A DNA stretch of 63,445 nt, the filler included, from Reclinomonas americana ATCC 50394 (taxonomy: Eukaryota): the NCBI GenBank assembly GCA_048213135.1. It is 12 parts of 4 records of this genome, joined end to end, with 100 filler letters (N's around TTAATTAATTAA, not from the genome) between each part and the next. Parts side by side here need not be neighbours in the genome. Positions count along the whole stretch, not along the records: positions 16,841 to 22,778 come from PS015658.1; positions 22,879 to 29,860 come from PS015658.1; positions 29,961 to 32,744 come from PS015659.1; positions 32,845 to 40,322 come from PS015659.1; 8 more parts are not named here. One strand, 5' to 3'. A program made the translations under genes and the position numbers. The notes under the pieces are model-generated. The model was not told the DNA's origin. It did no database searches and saw only the letters and a program-made list of their open reading frames with translations. Shown piece by piece: positions 20,551-33,400 of this stretch. The stretch's first letter is position 1. Each line of letters begins with the position of its first letter.

Positions 20551-22066
20551 GAAGGACGAGTGTCGACGAGAAGAAGAGTAGAGAGACAACGGTCGTGAGG
20601 AAGGCTGAGTACAGAAAGATGGGACACAGAGCGAGAGGCAGACGGAGAGTCAAATACAGAGAGAGAATGGAGGAAAGACTGAAATACAAGGGAGACACAT
20701 GCATATCGTTGCAAGTGCATGGGAGAGACGAGAACACACGGAAAGAGGGCGCAAAAGCAGGCTGCATGCATAACTGCAAGCAAGACCGGGAGAGCGAACG
20801 GGTAAAAGCAAGCGAATGCGTAGACCACAGATTGAGTTCATGAGAGTAGACTGTACGGGGGAGATAAGGGGAGAGAGAGAGAGAAAGAGAGAAAGAGAGA
20901 TTGAGATGGACGACAGCGAGAAGACGGTTGCACGCACATGATCGCAAGAAGACCGTATGAAGACTGGGAGAGCGAACAGTAGAGACCGCAGAGCGAATGC
21001 ATGCGAGAGAAAGTGCAAATGGGGAGAAATGGAGAGGAGAGGCCAAGCGAAAGTGCAGACTTCTCGAGGGAACCGACAGATCTCATCGCTTTCCTCGCAT
21101 TCCTCTCCTCTCCTCTCCTTCTCCCTTCTCTCTCCTCCCCCCTCTCCCCCCCTTTCCTTCCCTCCCACCACACACCCAGCGTAGACCCATCATAGGCACT
21201 GACTTGCATAAACTCGGCGGGCGGCGGCGGCGACCCGTCCGTGTACGCCGTCACCGTCACCGACGTCATATCGGTGGTGATTTTCAGCGAGCTAATGTAG
21301 CGCGTCGCCGGCACATTCTCCAGCCACACCGTCTGCCAGACGCCCGACGACGGCGTGTACGTGTCACCGCCGGGGTTCGTAATGGCACTAATGCGCTGCT
21401 TGCCATTCGGCTGCACACCGAGATCGCTCGGATCATACACCCACACCAACAGCTCATTGTTGTGTGCCATCAGATGCGAGGTGATGTCCATGGAGAACGA
21501 GTCGAAGCCGCCAGTGTGGTTGGCGACATGCACCTGGTTCACAAACACAGTCGTCATCCAGTCCACGGCGCCGAAATGCAGCAGTGTGCGCGTGGCATTG
21601 TTGTTCACGCTCCACCCGGGCGCATCAAACAGCAGTCGATACCACAACCACTGGTGGTTCTGCCCAATGCCCGACAGGCATGACTCCACCGGGAAGGGCA
21701 CGAGAATGTTGTCACGCAGAGTGCGGCCGAACGGTGGTTGCTCCGAGGCACCAGTACCGGGTTGGAACTGGGAGCGCATACACAGTGAGTGACAGCAGCA
21801 GCGGAGGAATGCACATTGTTTATTAATCTCACCTCCCACACTCCGTTCAAGTTCTGCCACGCATTCGTGTCGTCGTCGCCACCTCCGCGCGACATTTGCG
21901 GGCGAGGATAGCTCGGGAGCACCGAGTCGGGGTCCACAAGGCGGCCCCACTTTGTGATTTGGTTGGCCGGACCGCATGAGGTCGGCGCCCACTTGTAGGC
22001 CTCCGCGGTGCACGCTGCGAGGAGCACTAGCAGCACCAGCGGGAGGAGGAGAAGGCCTTGTCGCAT
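18956..22066 (-). CDS. Secreted glycoside hydrolase family 2 enzyme with an inserted PAN/Apple domain; 3' end in gap
   Basis: Signal peptide MRQGLLLLPLVLLVLLAACTAEA; YPRPQM, WQNLNGVWE, LHFGAVDW, KLWDPNSPFLY, LDQSFWPDGLFTAP, NHPSVVQWEVFNE (acid/base) and IGEYGG (nucleophile). Confidence 0.92.
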
Positions 22067-22990
22067 GACAACGTGAACGGAGAAATGCAATGCAAGGACA
22101 AGCTTAAGAGCAGGACTTGTTGTCGTAACATTGCAGCTGTGGCATAGGGGACACTGAGTCGGTCGGCAAGAGATGCATGATGCGGAGACCGGAAGCTGTT
22201 GCGTGCAAGCTTGTGGATTTCGAAGTCGACTTCGCGATCGATATCGACGACGTTTCTCTCTTTTGTGCTGCTGTCGTGAACGACTACAGCAACATCAACT
22301 TTACTATTTCAAATGGCAACGCAGCTGCAGGCTGATCACCATCAGACTGAGATATCACAGACACACGACGTCACGATCGAGAAAATATTAATTGTATGTA
22401 TGTCGTATATCAACGCCGCTGGCGATCCTGCAAGGTAGATGTCACCCTGTTCTCCCCCTTTCATCTTTCTTTTGTTGTTCTTCCTCTCTCTCCCGTAGAA
22501 AGCTGTCGACATGCATATGTCTTTCCTGATCATGATCATGATGGCGCTCGCACAATCAATGAATTTCGCAAGCGCATGCCCACTCAGACGACTGCCCAAC
22601 CATCACAGTCATGGCAACGGCGTCTGCATGCCACTCGCGCCCTCTACGAACTACAATAACGCGTTTTACGCAATCACCTCTGCGTCTACAGTTGGCGCCG
22701 ATCATGGCCGATCATGCCCATTCGCGAGCAAATATCTCGGATATCTCGTGCATTTCCTTTCTGTGTCCACAGAGCAAANNNNNNNNNNNNNNNNNNNNNN
22801 NNNNNNNNNNNNNNNNNNNNNNTTAATTAATTAANNNNNNNNNNNNNNNNNNNNNNNNNNNNNNNNNNNNNNNNNNNNATCTCTCGTGCACTCCCTCTCG
22901 TATTCACCTCACCCTCAGTCCCTTGGCTCGCCTTCTCTCTTCCTATCCCTTCCTCACCCTTCCTCTTCTCCCCCCTTCTCCCCCATGCAG

Positions 22991-23377
22991 GTTCGAGCCC
23001 GCCAAGTTCACGCAGCAGAACCTGGCCAACTCGTACTCTGGCTTCGAGGGCAAGTTCCAGATCACCGGCACCACCCCATGGAAGGAGACCGACACGGGCG
23101 TGGGCCTCAAGCTCAAGGACCGCGAAGTGCACAGTTGCGTGGCTGCTGCTGCACGGGAGAGACCCAAGTGCAGTCCACTCATCACAACGCTTTCACAGGC
23201 ACCAGGTTCACCAAGAACGGTGGCACGATGACGCTGAAGCACACCACCAACATTGAGCGTGAGAATGCGGGTGTGCGCAATGGCAAGACCTCAACGTGGA
23301 CCATCACGGGCCCCGCCAACGACATCAATGCTTTCGGTGCTGCCCTGGTGACTGCGGGCGCCACGGAGGGAGCGTAA
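22991..23377 (+). CDS. 3' exons of a small protein of unknown function
   Basis: Strong GC3 codon bias; two exons join in frame (FEPAKFTQQNL...DREVHSTRFTKNGG...AGATEGA*). Confidence 0.65.
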   Translation, partial: VRARQVHAAEPGQLVLWLRGQVPDHRHHPMEGDRHGRGPQAQGPRSAQLRGCCCTGETQVQSTHHNAFTGTRFTKNGGTMTLKHTTNIERENAGVRNGKTSTWTITGPANDINAFGAALVTAGATEGA

Positions 23378-23554
23378 AAAATGGAAGAAAAGAGGCTGAG
23401 AGAGATGAATGTAACGATCCAGGCCATTGTGCGAAGTCGTTGGAGGGAGGGAGGGAGGGAGCATCCACAGCGCAGTGGTCACTCATCAGTAACTTCCTCA
23501 CGATGTCCCTCACCTGTCCTCATCTCGAGATTGTCCAACATTTCGCTCCTCCCC

Positions 23555-26500
23555 ATGGACGCCCAGCGCTTCTCAGTCCGCGTGCGCGCGCCAATAATAC
23601 TAGGCAGCGAGGTGCGCCTACTCACCCTTTCTCTCACTCCATCCCACACCACCTTTCTCTCACGACACCACAATGACTTGAAATCGACCGTTACATCGTG
23701 CAGGGTCCACCTCGTGCTCCCGCTCGTCCACCCACACCTCCTCTCCGACATCGCGGGCTCGCATCTCGTGTTGTCCCCAGTCCGCGCCCAGTCCCACCAC
23801 AAGCTGCACCTTCACCAGCTCCATCATCAGCATCGCAATCATCGCCTGCTTTTGCGTCGGCTTTTGTCACTCCATCGCCTGTGCGTCACTCTGCCTCTCT
23901 CTTCCTCGCTGTCTCCTAGTGCGCGCTCACTGCTGTTCCTTGTTCTGTGTGTACAGCGTCGCGATGATTCGGCGCTGATGGTGCAGGAGCTAGAGCGCAC
24001 GCGTGAGAGCCTCGCCGAGGTCGTCGATGAGTTCCACTACACCGAGGAGCAGGTGCGTGATCGCCCTCTGCCGCCATTGTCAATGTCGTGCGTGTGTGTG
24101 TGTGTGTGTGCTTGCTGACAGTAGGGTTGCTTCAGCTCAAGGAACGCGAACGAGAGGTGGCGGAGCTGAGGAGACGAGTGGCCGAGTTCGAGGCGCAGCA
24201 GCAGAAGCAGCGATCGGCATCGGTGTCGGCGCAGACCACACCGCGGTTGGTGGCGACACCGATGCAGCAGCAGCCGCCGCCGCCGCAGCAGCAGCAACCG
24301 CAACAGTGGTATTCTGCGGCCCCGCCACCGACAGCGGCTCCGGNNNNNNNNNNNNNNNNNNNNNNNNNNNNNNNNNNNNNNNNNNNNNNNNNNNNNNNNN
24401 NNNNNNNNNNNNNNNNNNNNNNNNNNNNNNNNNNNNNNNNNNNNNNNNNNNNNNNNNNNNNNNNNNNNNNNNNNNNNNNNNNNNNNNNNNNNNNNNNNNN
24501 NNNNNNNNNNNNNNNNNNNNNNNNNNNNNNNNNNNNNNNNNNNNNNNNNNNNNNNNNNNNNNNNNNNNNNNNNNNNNNNNNNNNNNNNNNNNNNNNNNNN
24601 NNNNNNNNNNNNNNNNNNNNNNNNNNNNNNNNNNNNNNNNNNNNNNNNNNNNNNNNNNNNNNNNNNNNNNNNNNNNNNNNNNNNNNNNNNNNNNNNNNNN
24701 NNNNNNNNNNNNNNNNNNNNNNNNNNNNNNNNNNNNNNNNNNNNNNNNNNNNNNNNNNNNNNNNNNNNNNNNNNNNNNNNNNNNNNNNNNNNNNNNNNNN
24801 NNNNNNNNNNNNNNNNNNNNNNNNNNNNNNNNNNNNNNNNNNNNNNNNNNNNNNNNNNNNNNNNNNNNNNNNNNNNNNNNNNNNNNNNNNNNNNNNNNNN
24901 NNNNNNNNNNNNNNNNNNNNNNNNNNNNNNNNNNNNNNNNNNNNNNNNNNNNNNNNNNNNNNNNNNNNNNNNNNNNNNNNNNNNNNNNNNNNNNNNNNNN
25001 NNNNNNNNNNNNNNNNNNNNNNNNNNNNNNNNNNNNNNNNNNNNNNNNNNNNNNNNNNNNNNNNNNNNNNNNNNNNNNNNNNNNNNNNNNNNNNAGCAAC
25101 AGCAACAGCAGCAACAGCAGTACCACCACTATTATGGCAACGGTAGTAGCACGGCAGGCTCTGCCGCCTCGTCACTGCAGTCTACTCCGCGCATGACCAA
25201 TGGAGGTGGCTATACGAGCAGTGCGTCGTCGGCGACTGGGTACGATCGTGCGTTCTCGGCGGCGAACAGCCAGGCATCCGGCCGCTACGCCTACCCGTTG
25301 CGCACTGTTGTTGTTGTTTGTCGTGTGCCAGTTCCTGATGACACCTCTGGCCCTGACAAATGCGTGTTCGTCCCCACGCGCAGCAGCAACCGTACCACAG
25401 ACCAGCGATTATTGGCCTTGGAGAATGATTTGTTGCGCTCCGAGTTGCGCATTGAGGAGCTGGAACGAGACAAGGCTGCACTCTCGCTTCGCTTGCAACA
25501 AGGTAATCGTTTCTCGTTGGCAATGTCGACCTACGGTGCCGCATGGTGACCGTTCCAACTATGCACAGGCGCTCCACCTGTCGAAGAGCCATTGTTGTAC
25601 TACGAGGAGGTGCAGCGTGTCAAGGACGAGAATCGGAGTTTGCGCGATTTGTGTGCCGAAAAGGACACAGCGGTGGAGGTCACACGGAAGAAGCTGATGG
25701 AGGCGTTGGAGCGCACCGACCAGCTGGAGTTCGAGATCGAGCAGCAGAGAAAGCGCACCGACAAGCAGGTGCGAGAGGCTTCGGAGCCTGTGCGAGTGGA
25801 GCTGCAGAAGGCACAGGAGCAGGCAAGTAACTGTCCGTGTCGTGAGATCCGCTGCCGTGCGACTCACTGTTTCCTCCTGCAACAGCTGCGAGAAAACGAG
25901 CAGTCCATGGCACACACCGGCACTGTGGTGCGGGAGCAGTCGCTCGCGTTGCTGGCCCTGACGCGTCGCATCCGTGCTCTCGGTCACATGGCACCGGCGC
26001 ACGAGGAGGGCAAAACCGACGGAGAGTCCCTGGCCGACCTCACCACCACGCAGTCGTCGTCGGCCGAGTTCGTGACTGGCGTGTGTGTGGCGCTGGAGAA
26101 CTCGCTAAAAGAGGCACAACGGGAGCTCGGTGAAGTCGAGGAGCGGTGGGCGGCGTGCGCCGAGATGCTGCTGGAGACAGACCGTGCACGGCAGTCTGCA
26201 CAGTCCGAGACCGACGAGTCGTCTCGCCGGTGTGTTATTGATACAAGAGACGCAGAAAGTCATCGTTTGTTGCTGACCATCGATGGCGCACAGGGCCGAG
26301 GAACTGGCTCGCACAGTGTCGCAGTGGCAGGCGCAATACGGCGAGGTGGAGAGTGAACTGGCCGAGGCGCGCGCACAGTTGGCGGATCGCTCTCTGCACA
26401 ATCGAGTGGTGGAGTTGGAGGCGCTGAGCCGAGAGCTGGAGTCGCAGAACTCGCTGTTGCAGGGGCGCTTGACGCAGACTGAGGTTACATGATTCTCGCC

Positions 26501-28813
26501 AGTCGACTTGTTCCCATCTTGTCTGTGTTACTTACCCGCGGTGCGCTTCCAGACGCTGTTGCAACAGGAGCAGGTGCGCTCCATTACTCTGGAGCGGCAG
26601 CATCAGGACGCCAAGTTGCGTCACGCTCTCGGTCCATGGTGCCTGCATGTACACGCCTGACGTCGATTGTTTTGCGTGCGCAGAATCGGTCTAAAGGAAC
26701 TGGGCCGTCTCAGTGCGCAGACCACACAGGACAGCAGTTTGATTGCGTCGCTGCGCTCCGAGTTGCACTCATGGTGAGTCCACGCGGCGCCCCACTCGCC
26801 TTGGTAACCGATCGCTGATTCCGTGGTGTGCAGTCGTCGTCGCGAGACTGAGCTCGAGCACAAGGTGGCCGAGTTGGAGAGCGAGTTGCAGAGCAAGAAG
26901 AACGAGCTGTATCTCGTGGAGCAACAGCAGCAGCAGGAGTTGCAGACCGATGAGCGTCGTCGCAAGTCGGTGGAGTCCGAGGTGCAGTTGGCGCGCTCCG
27001 AAACCAAGCACGTGCAAGTGGATCGCGACCGTCTCCAGCAACAAGTGCAGACTCTTCGGTGCGCTTGCTGAAGACTCCCTCTCATATCCGTGCACTCTCT
27101 CACTCAACGTGATTTTTGACTGACTGTGTGCAGCACCGAGCTGGCCGAGGCCGACAGGAATCAGCGCCAGCTGGTAACTCAGCTGGACAGCATGCGACAG
27201 GAGCACCAGTCGGAGATCATGCAGAAAGAGCACGCGTTGCGAGGGGCAAATGAGCTGCTGAAGGCCGCGCAGGACGACATTCGGTCGGCGCATGTCACCT
27301 CGCTGGAACTGCAGCACAAGTTGCGCGTGGCGGAGGAGAGCAACCTCAAGTTTGAGGCCGATCTGGCGCAGGCCATAGGTGAGGCTCGTCGTGCCGAGAA
27401 GGAGGCGCAGGAGAGCAAGGAGAAGCTGGTGGTGGCGCAAGCCACTCTGGATGCCACTCGGCGGGAGATGAGTGTGCATTCGTCGATCGGTAGTGACACA
27501 AGTGCGATGGTACATCGAGCGCGGGAGGAGGTGCTCGACTTGCAGCGCGAGTTGTTGACGCTGCGACCACTCGCCACGGAGGTGCGCGAGAAGGACGCGC
27601 ACATTGAGCGGCTGCGAATCGAAAACAAGCGACAGCTCAGCGAGTTGCAGGCGCTGCGTGCTGCGGAGGCCGAGTTGCGCGATCGTGAGGGTCAACTCGA
27701 TCGACTGCGCAGCGACTCGCGTCGCATGCAGGAACTGGTGCGGGATCTGCAAGATGAAATGTCGAAGGTGCGGTGAACAGTCGAACGGTATTCGTTTCAG
27801 CAGCTGTCGTGTCGCTGACGACGACGCAGGTGGTGAATGAGAAAGTGGCGTTGGAGTCGGCCGTCACGGAGCAGACCAAGTACTCGAGCACTGTCGACTC
27901 GGACTGGCAACGGCTAAAGTCGTCGCTGGTGGAACTGCAGTCAAGAAGGTACACTTGACTGTCGATCGATTATTCAGTCTTTCTTCGTCGCTGATGTGCT
28001 CGGCGCAGTGTGCGAGCAGAGCTTCGTGTCAAGGATCTGGAGGCCGCCCTTGGCACCAAGACGTTCGAGAATGATGAACTGCACGCGGGCATCACCGCCA
28101 CACAGCAGGCGCTGTCAATGCTGCAGAACACACTGGTGTCGGCCAAGGCCGATTTGGAGGCGGTGACTCGCGAACGGTTCGTCTTTCACTGCATGCGCCT
28201 CCTTGTCACTCTGTCTCACCTCTGTGGTCAATCGATGCACAGCGACCACCTGCGCGATAAGTACACTGAGTTGCAGGCGCACACGGCCTCCCTGGAGACT
28301 GTGTGCGAGCAGTTGCACGGGCAGGTGAAGAATGTCGAGTCGAGGTGAATTGTCTATTTTACCCGCTCTCTATCTCTCCCCGTCTCTTGTTCTCAATCCA
28401 TCATGTGTCGCACGTAGAATGGAGGCTGTCGAGGGCTCCCACATGGAGGCAATTGAGAATCTGCGTGCCGAGAAGCAACATTTGCAACTCGAACTGCAGA
28501 AAGCGCAAGAGGTGAGTGGTCGTGTTTGTTGCTGGTGTCTCAGTGGGGGTGGTGATGGTCATGCTCACGAGAGCAACGCAGGACATGGACCTGCTGCACG
28601 AGGGCTACAGAGAAATGGTCGACCGCAACAAGTTCCTCGAACAGGAGCGCGTCAAGATGCGACGCCTGCAAGAGGAGGCCGACTTGCAGTCGCACCGAGC
28701 CGCGCAGCTGGAGAATGAGCTCCGCAGCCTGTCGCCTGCCATCCTCGAGCTGCAGGGCATGCTGTCAGTGCTGGCCCAGGCCGTGCAGCAACACCAGGGC
28801 CACCTACCGCAGG
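23555..28813 (+). CDS. Large coiled-coil protein (many exons, partial)
   Basis: Long heptad-rich E/Q/R/L exons linked in frame by short introns; start approximate; truncated by gaps. Confidence 0.75.
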
Positions 28814-29413
28814 NNNNNNNNNNNNNNNNNNNNNNNNNNNNNNNNNNNNNNNNNNNNNNNNNNNNNNNNNNNNNNNNNNNNNNNNNNNNNNNNNNNNNNN
28901 NNNNNNNNNNNNNNNNNNNNNNNNNNNNNNNNNNNNNNNNNNNNNNNNNNNNNNNNNNNNNNNNNNNNNNNNNNNNNNNNNNNNNNNNNNNNNNNNNNNN
29001 NNNNNNNNNNNNNNNNNNNNNNNNNNNNNNNNNNNNNNNNNNNNNNNNNNNNNNNNNNNNNNNNNNNNNNNNNNNNNNNNNNNNNNNNNNNNNNNNNNNN
29101 NNNNNNNNNNNNNNNNNNNNNNNNNNNNNNNNNNNNNNNNNNNNNNNNNNNNNNNNNNNNNNNNNNNNNNNNNNNNNNNNNNNNNNNNNNNNNNNNNNNN
29201 NNNNNNNNNNNNNNNNNNNNNNNNNNNNNNNNNNNNNNNNNNNNNNNNNNNNNNNNNNNNNNNNNNNNNNNNNNNNNNNNNNNNNNNNNNNNNNNNNNNN
29301 NNNNNNNNNNNNNNNNNNNNNNNNNNNNNNNNNNNNNNNNNNNNNNNNNNNNNNNNNNNNNNNNNNNNNNNNNNNNNNNNNNNNNNNNNNNNNNNNNNNN
29401 NNNNNNNNNNNNN

Positions 29414-29860
29414 NTGGAGGAGGCGCGCAACTGCGAGTTCTCGATCTGCAGCCGCCGAAGCTCGGCTCCGAGGACATCCGAATCCACGGCAGTCGTCTTG
29501 AGCGAGTCCAGCAGCTGGTGACTCTCGTCCTCCATTTGCAGCATGGCCATTTCGGCTTGGTTTCGGTCGGAGGCCAGCTGTTGGCATTCGCGCTGCAGCT
29601 CGGCGAGTCGTCGTTCGGCCTCCGAGGCGCGTGTTATGGCCTGCAGCAACGAGGCACAGAAAAAAGTCAGTCGAATTTTTTTGGGAGCACTGCGGATCGG
29701 TGGGACGACGCAACAGTTTGACAGTTCTCCTGTTGCACTCGCAGGTCGTAGGTCTGCTTGCGGTTCTGCTCCACCACCAGCCGCAATTGCAACTTGTAGT
29801 CGAGCAACTCGCCACGCAGGTCGGCACTGGAGGAGATCTCATGCAATCTCTCGTATGCCT
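29414..29860 (-). CDS. Coiled-coil protein fragment (2 exons; possibly a mis-oriented contig)
   Basis: AYERLHEISSSADLRGELLDYKLQL...ENCQT|AITRASEAERRLAELQREC; flanked by gaps. Confidence 0.6.
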
Positions 29861-29960
29861 NNNNNNNNNNNNNNNNNNNNNNNNNNNNNNNNNNNNNNNN
29901 NNNNTTAATTAATTAANNNNNNNNNNNNNNNNNNNNNNNNNNNNNNNNNNNNNNNNNNNN

Positions 29961-30303
29961 CGGCACCAAGGACGTGCCGACGCCGCGCAAGATCGAGGCG
30001 TTTGCCGAGCTGCAGCCGGTGAAGAAAGTGGTGTCTGGCGGCATCCACTCCTCATGCATCGGTAACGACGGCTCGGTGTACACCTGGGGGTGCGGCAGCA
30101 ACGGGCGTCTCGGGCATCCCGAGTGCGAGGGCCACAGGTTTGTCTGCTCACACAGATCGAACACGAAATGGTGTGCCGACTGACTCGCCCGTCGCAGGTA
30201 TCTCTACAAGGAGGCTGCACCGCGCAAAGTCGATGCGCTCGCCGGCAAGCCAGTGGTTGACTACTCATGTGCCTACTACCACGCCGTGGCCATTGCACCG
30301 TGA
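29961..30303 (+). CDS. 3' end of an RCC1-repeat protein
   Basis: VVSGGIHSSCIGNDGSVYTWGCGSNGRLGH and VVDYSCAYYHAVAI are RCC1 repeat motifs; TGA at 30301-30303. Confidence 0.88.
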
Positions 30304-30431
30304 AAATACGATTTGTAAATCCTCCAGAAACTGACTGACTTTTTGTCCGTTTTCGATCATCGAGCAACACACACATACACACACCGTCGTGGTTCTGTGA
30401 GATATAGTGCTCAGGTTGGACTCACGATCAC

Positions 30432-33400
30432 ATGAGCTCACAGGCCGATGGAGTGGCCATGCGCGAGCTGCGCGAGCTCAGAGGTATGTGTGTGAGTCGC
30501 GGGTGTGTGTGTTTGCGCACGCGCCTCGGCGGTTTACGCCAGCTGTGCAGCGAAAGTGGATCGCGGCGCCTCATCGGCACTCCGGTCGGCGACCAGACCA
30601 GTGGTGGTTGGTGCGCGACCACCAGAAGACACAGTGGAGTCACTGCGACAACGAGAGAATCGTCTCCAAGTTTCGTGAATCTCTCTCTCACACACACTGT
30701 GTGTCGGGCCATTGCGAGTGACTGATCACTCTTTCCGTGCGCCAGGATATCAAGACCATTGAGTACCGCCGACTCTCTGTTGCACCCACGTTGCGTAATC
30801 TGCGCAGCTTTCACGATTGGTAGAGTGCCTCACTGTTTTTCCTCATACAGCGGACGTCCATCAGCTCCGACGACGACGACAACAACAGCAGCAGCTCCTA
30901 CAACAGCGGCGCCGAGTGCGTTGGGTGGTGGGCCACCGATGAGCCAGAAGGAGCTGGAGCGACATATTCGCGCAGCAACGTTGCGTGCCGAAGTGGCGCC
31001 CAGCCGATCGGCCAGGGTCGACCACGAGCGTGAGGCGGCGCGTGATCGAGCCGACATTGAGAGTTTCCTCTCGGCCGCACCCAACATTGCCACTCGCTAC
31101 ATGACCAGCGAGCTAATACCGCTGCAGCACTTGCGGCAGGACCTCAGCAACAACGGGTCGTTGTCGTCGTTTGGTGCCTACAGTCCAGCCACACAAGCGA
31201 TGCAACGGCGCATTCCACGTGCCATGGAAACGCTGTCGGCGGCTGTTGGTGGGGCAGCGCAGCTGAATACCGGTGCGGAGGCCGTGGATATGGATCTGGC
31301 ACTGGAGTCGGACCGCGAGGATCTCGGCTTTCAGTGGGCGGAGCTCGACTTCAGTGCCTACCTTGCCGATCGGCGAGAGAGCGACCTGCCACTGCAACCC
31401 GGCGACGCCGGTTTCCTTCCGTCGAATCCCACCGAGCACCTCCTGCACAAGTACTTGACGCTGCTGCAGCAGTACTCGTGGTCCACGCAGCGGGTGCGCG
31501 ACATGCGCAAGCAGATGCTCGATGCACTGAAAGTGCAGTACCCGGCAGAGGTGAGTCGTGTGCATGTGGAAGACAGCTGACTAGTTCTGCTTCTCATTCG
31601 TTGCCACCCTCAACGGCAGCTCATGGACGAATCGACGAGATCGGAGAGTACAGTTCGAGCGCTGACCTTGGAGCGTTATCACATGCAGATGATGCTGAAG
31701 GAGGAGATTCGGGCGCTGGAGGTGTGTCATTTGTCGTGCTGCTTTGTGGCAATCACGTGCCTCTTAATATCTCAAGTCTCTGTCGTGCAGGCTCAACTGC
31801 GAGTGGCCGACGGCAAGGCGGATGGGTTGCGGACGGAGAATAGTCGACTGAAGCTTCGAAGGATTCGCTTACCTCCAACGAGTACCAGGTGGCGGCACTG
31901 CAGTCCGACAACCAGCAGCTGAAGCGCAAGAGTGCGTGCGTGCGACATGCAGTCTTGTGGCGCGCACACTCGTCTGGCCACTCACTGCCAGTGCTGCTTC
32001 TCTTGCCTCAGTGCGCTATCTGCTCACAAAGGATTCGGTAAGCAGCGGTGGTTCGGTATCACCGGACGACAGCATGTTTGGTTTGTGTCGCTCACGGCGG
32101 TATGTTGTGCGAGAGTGCATCTCACATTCTTGCACACGACAGGTATCAGTGAGTCGCAGAAGCTGCTCATGCAGAAGCTGCTGCTGCAATTGGACCGCAC
32201 TCTGCAGAAAGAACGCAGTGATGCTCTGAATGAGATGACTCGCGAAACGAGAAACGCCATGCGCCAGCTACGCATGAGTTGCGCGCACTCCTGCTTCTTC
32301 TGTGGCCCGTAATGTATTCCTTATACGTACACACACCCACACAGTGGCCATGGAGCACGAGCAGGAGCTGATGATTGTTATTCGCGACGATCGTGCCTCG
32401 TTCAACGACATACTCTCCAAGTACATTGAGGTGTGCGAGCGTGCTGAGTGAGGCGGGCACAGACCATCAGTGAGTTGATTCCCTTGCTTGCGTCGATGCA
32501 GGCTCTGCAAGTGATTTCCGACAAGCTCGGCGTGGACAAGACCTTGGAGCTCGCCAAGGCGCACGATGCACAAGCTCAACTGGCGCGGGTGAGTAACAGC
32601 TGTTCTGTTTTGTGTGTTGCGCACCTGTTGTGCACTTGCCAAACAGAGACGTGCATGCATGCTTTCTACAGATTACCTCCAAACGAACTGGATACCCTGT
32701 CGAGAGCGACGCACATTGGACCGACTTTCAGACATCCATGGAGGNNNNNNNNNNNNNNNNNNNNNNNNNNNNNNNNNNNNNNNNNNNNTTAATTAATTAA
32801 NNNNNNNNNNNNNNNNNNNNNNNNNNNNNNNNNNNNNNNNNNNNAACTGTTGTTGTTGTTGTGATGCAAACGAGAGCGACTGAATGCGATTGATTCCTTG
32901 CAGCGCTCTAAGTGATTCCACCAAGAGCCAGCTAGTCAAGATGAGTTCGCTGCTGCAAAACCTCGTCGACGAAGTGGCGGTGCGTCTTGTCTGCCGTTCC
33001 TCACTATTGATCGGGAACTTGCTCACTATTCTTTCTGCAGCCGGGCGTGGAACTTGAGGTGCCGCTGAGCATGCTGCCGGGTGCCCCGGGAGACACCAGT
33101 GACCCACTGGTCGCTCTGTCGCCTGGTCCGGCTCCGCGTGGTTTGTCATGTGTTCTCTCGGCGACCACAGTGTGCCGAACCTGCAGCTGACGACCCTGCC
33201 TCTCTCGCTCATGCAGTTCGGCATCGGCCAATCGAGCCGCTGGAGGCTCCCGAGATTGTGTTGGAACGCATTTCGGCGCAGGCCGACGAGGATGCACGCA
33301 GCGCCGGTCGGCGTGCATCCACTTTCAGCACTTCGAGTATGTCGCCGGCGTCGGGAAGTCGCAGCCCGTCACCTGGAGCCCCACGACGACGCGGCAGTGT

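Noticed and set aside
22173..22777. Short ORFs upstream of GH2 (similarly 55369-55760)
   Set aside because: No recognisable motif or consistent splice model.
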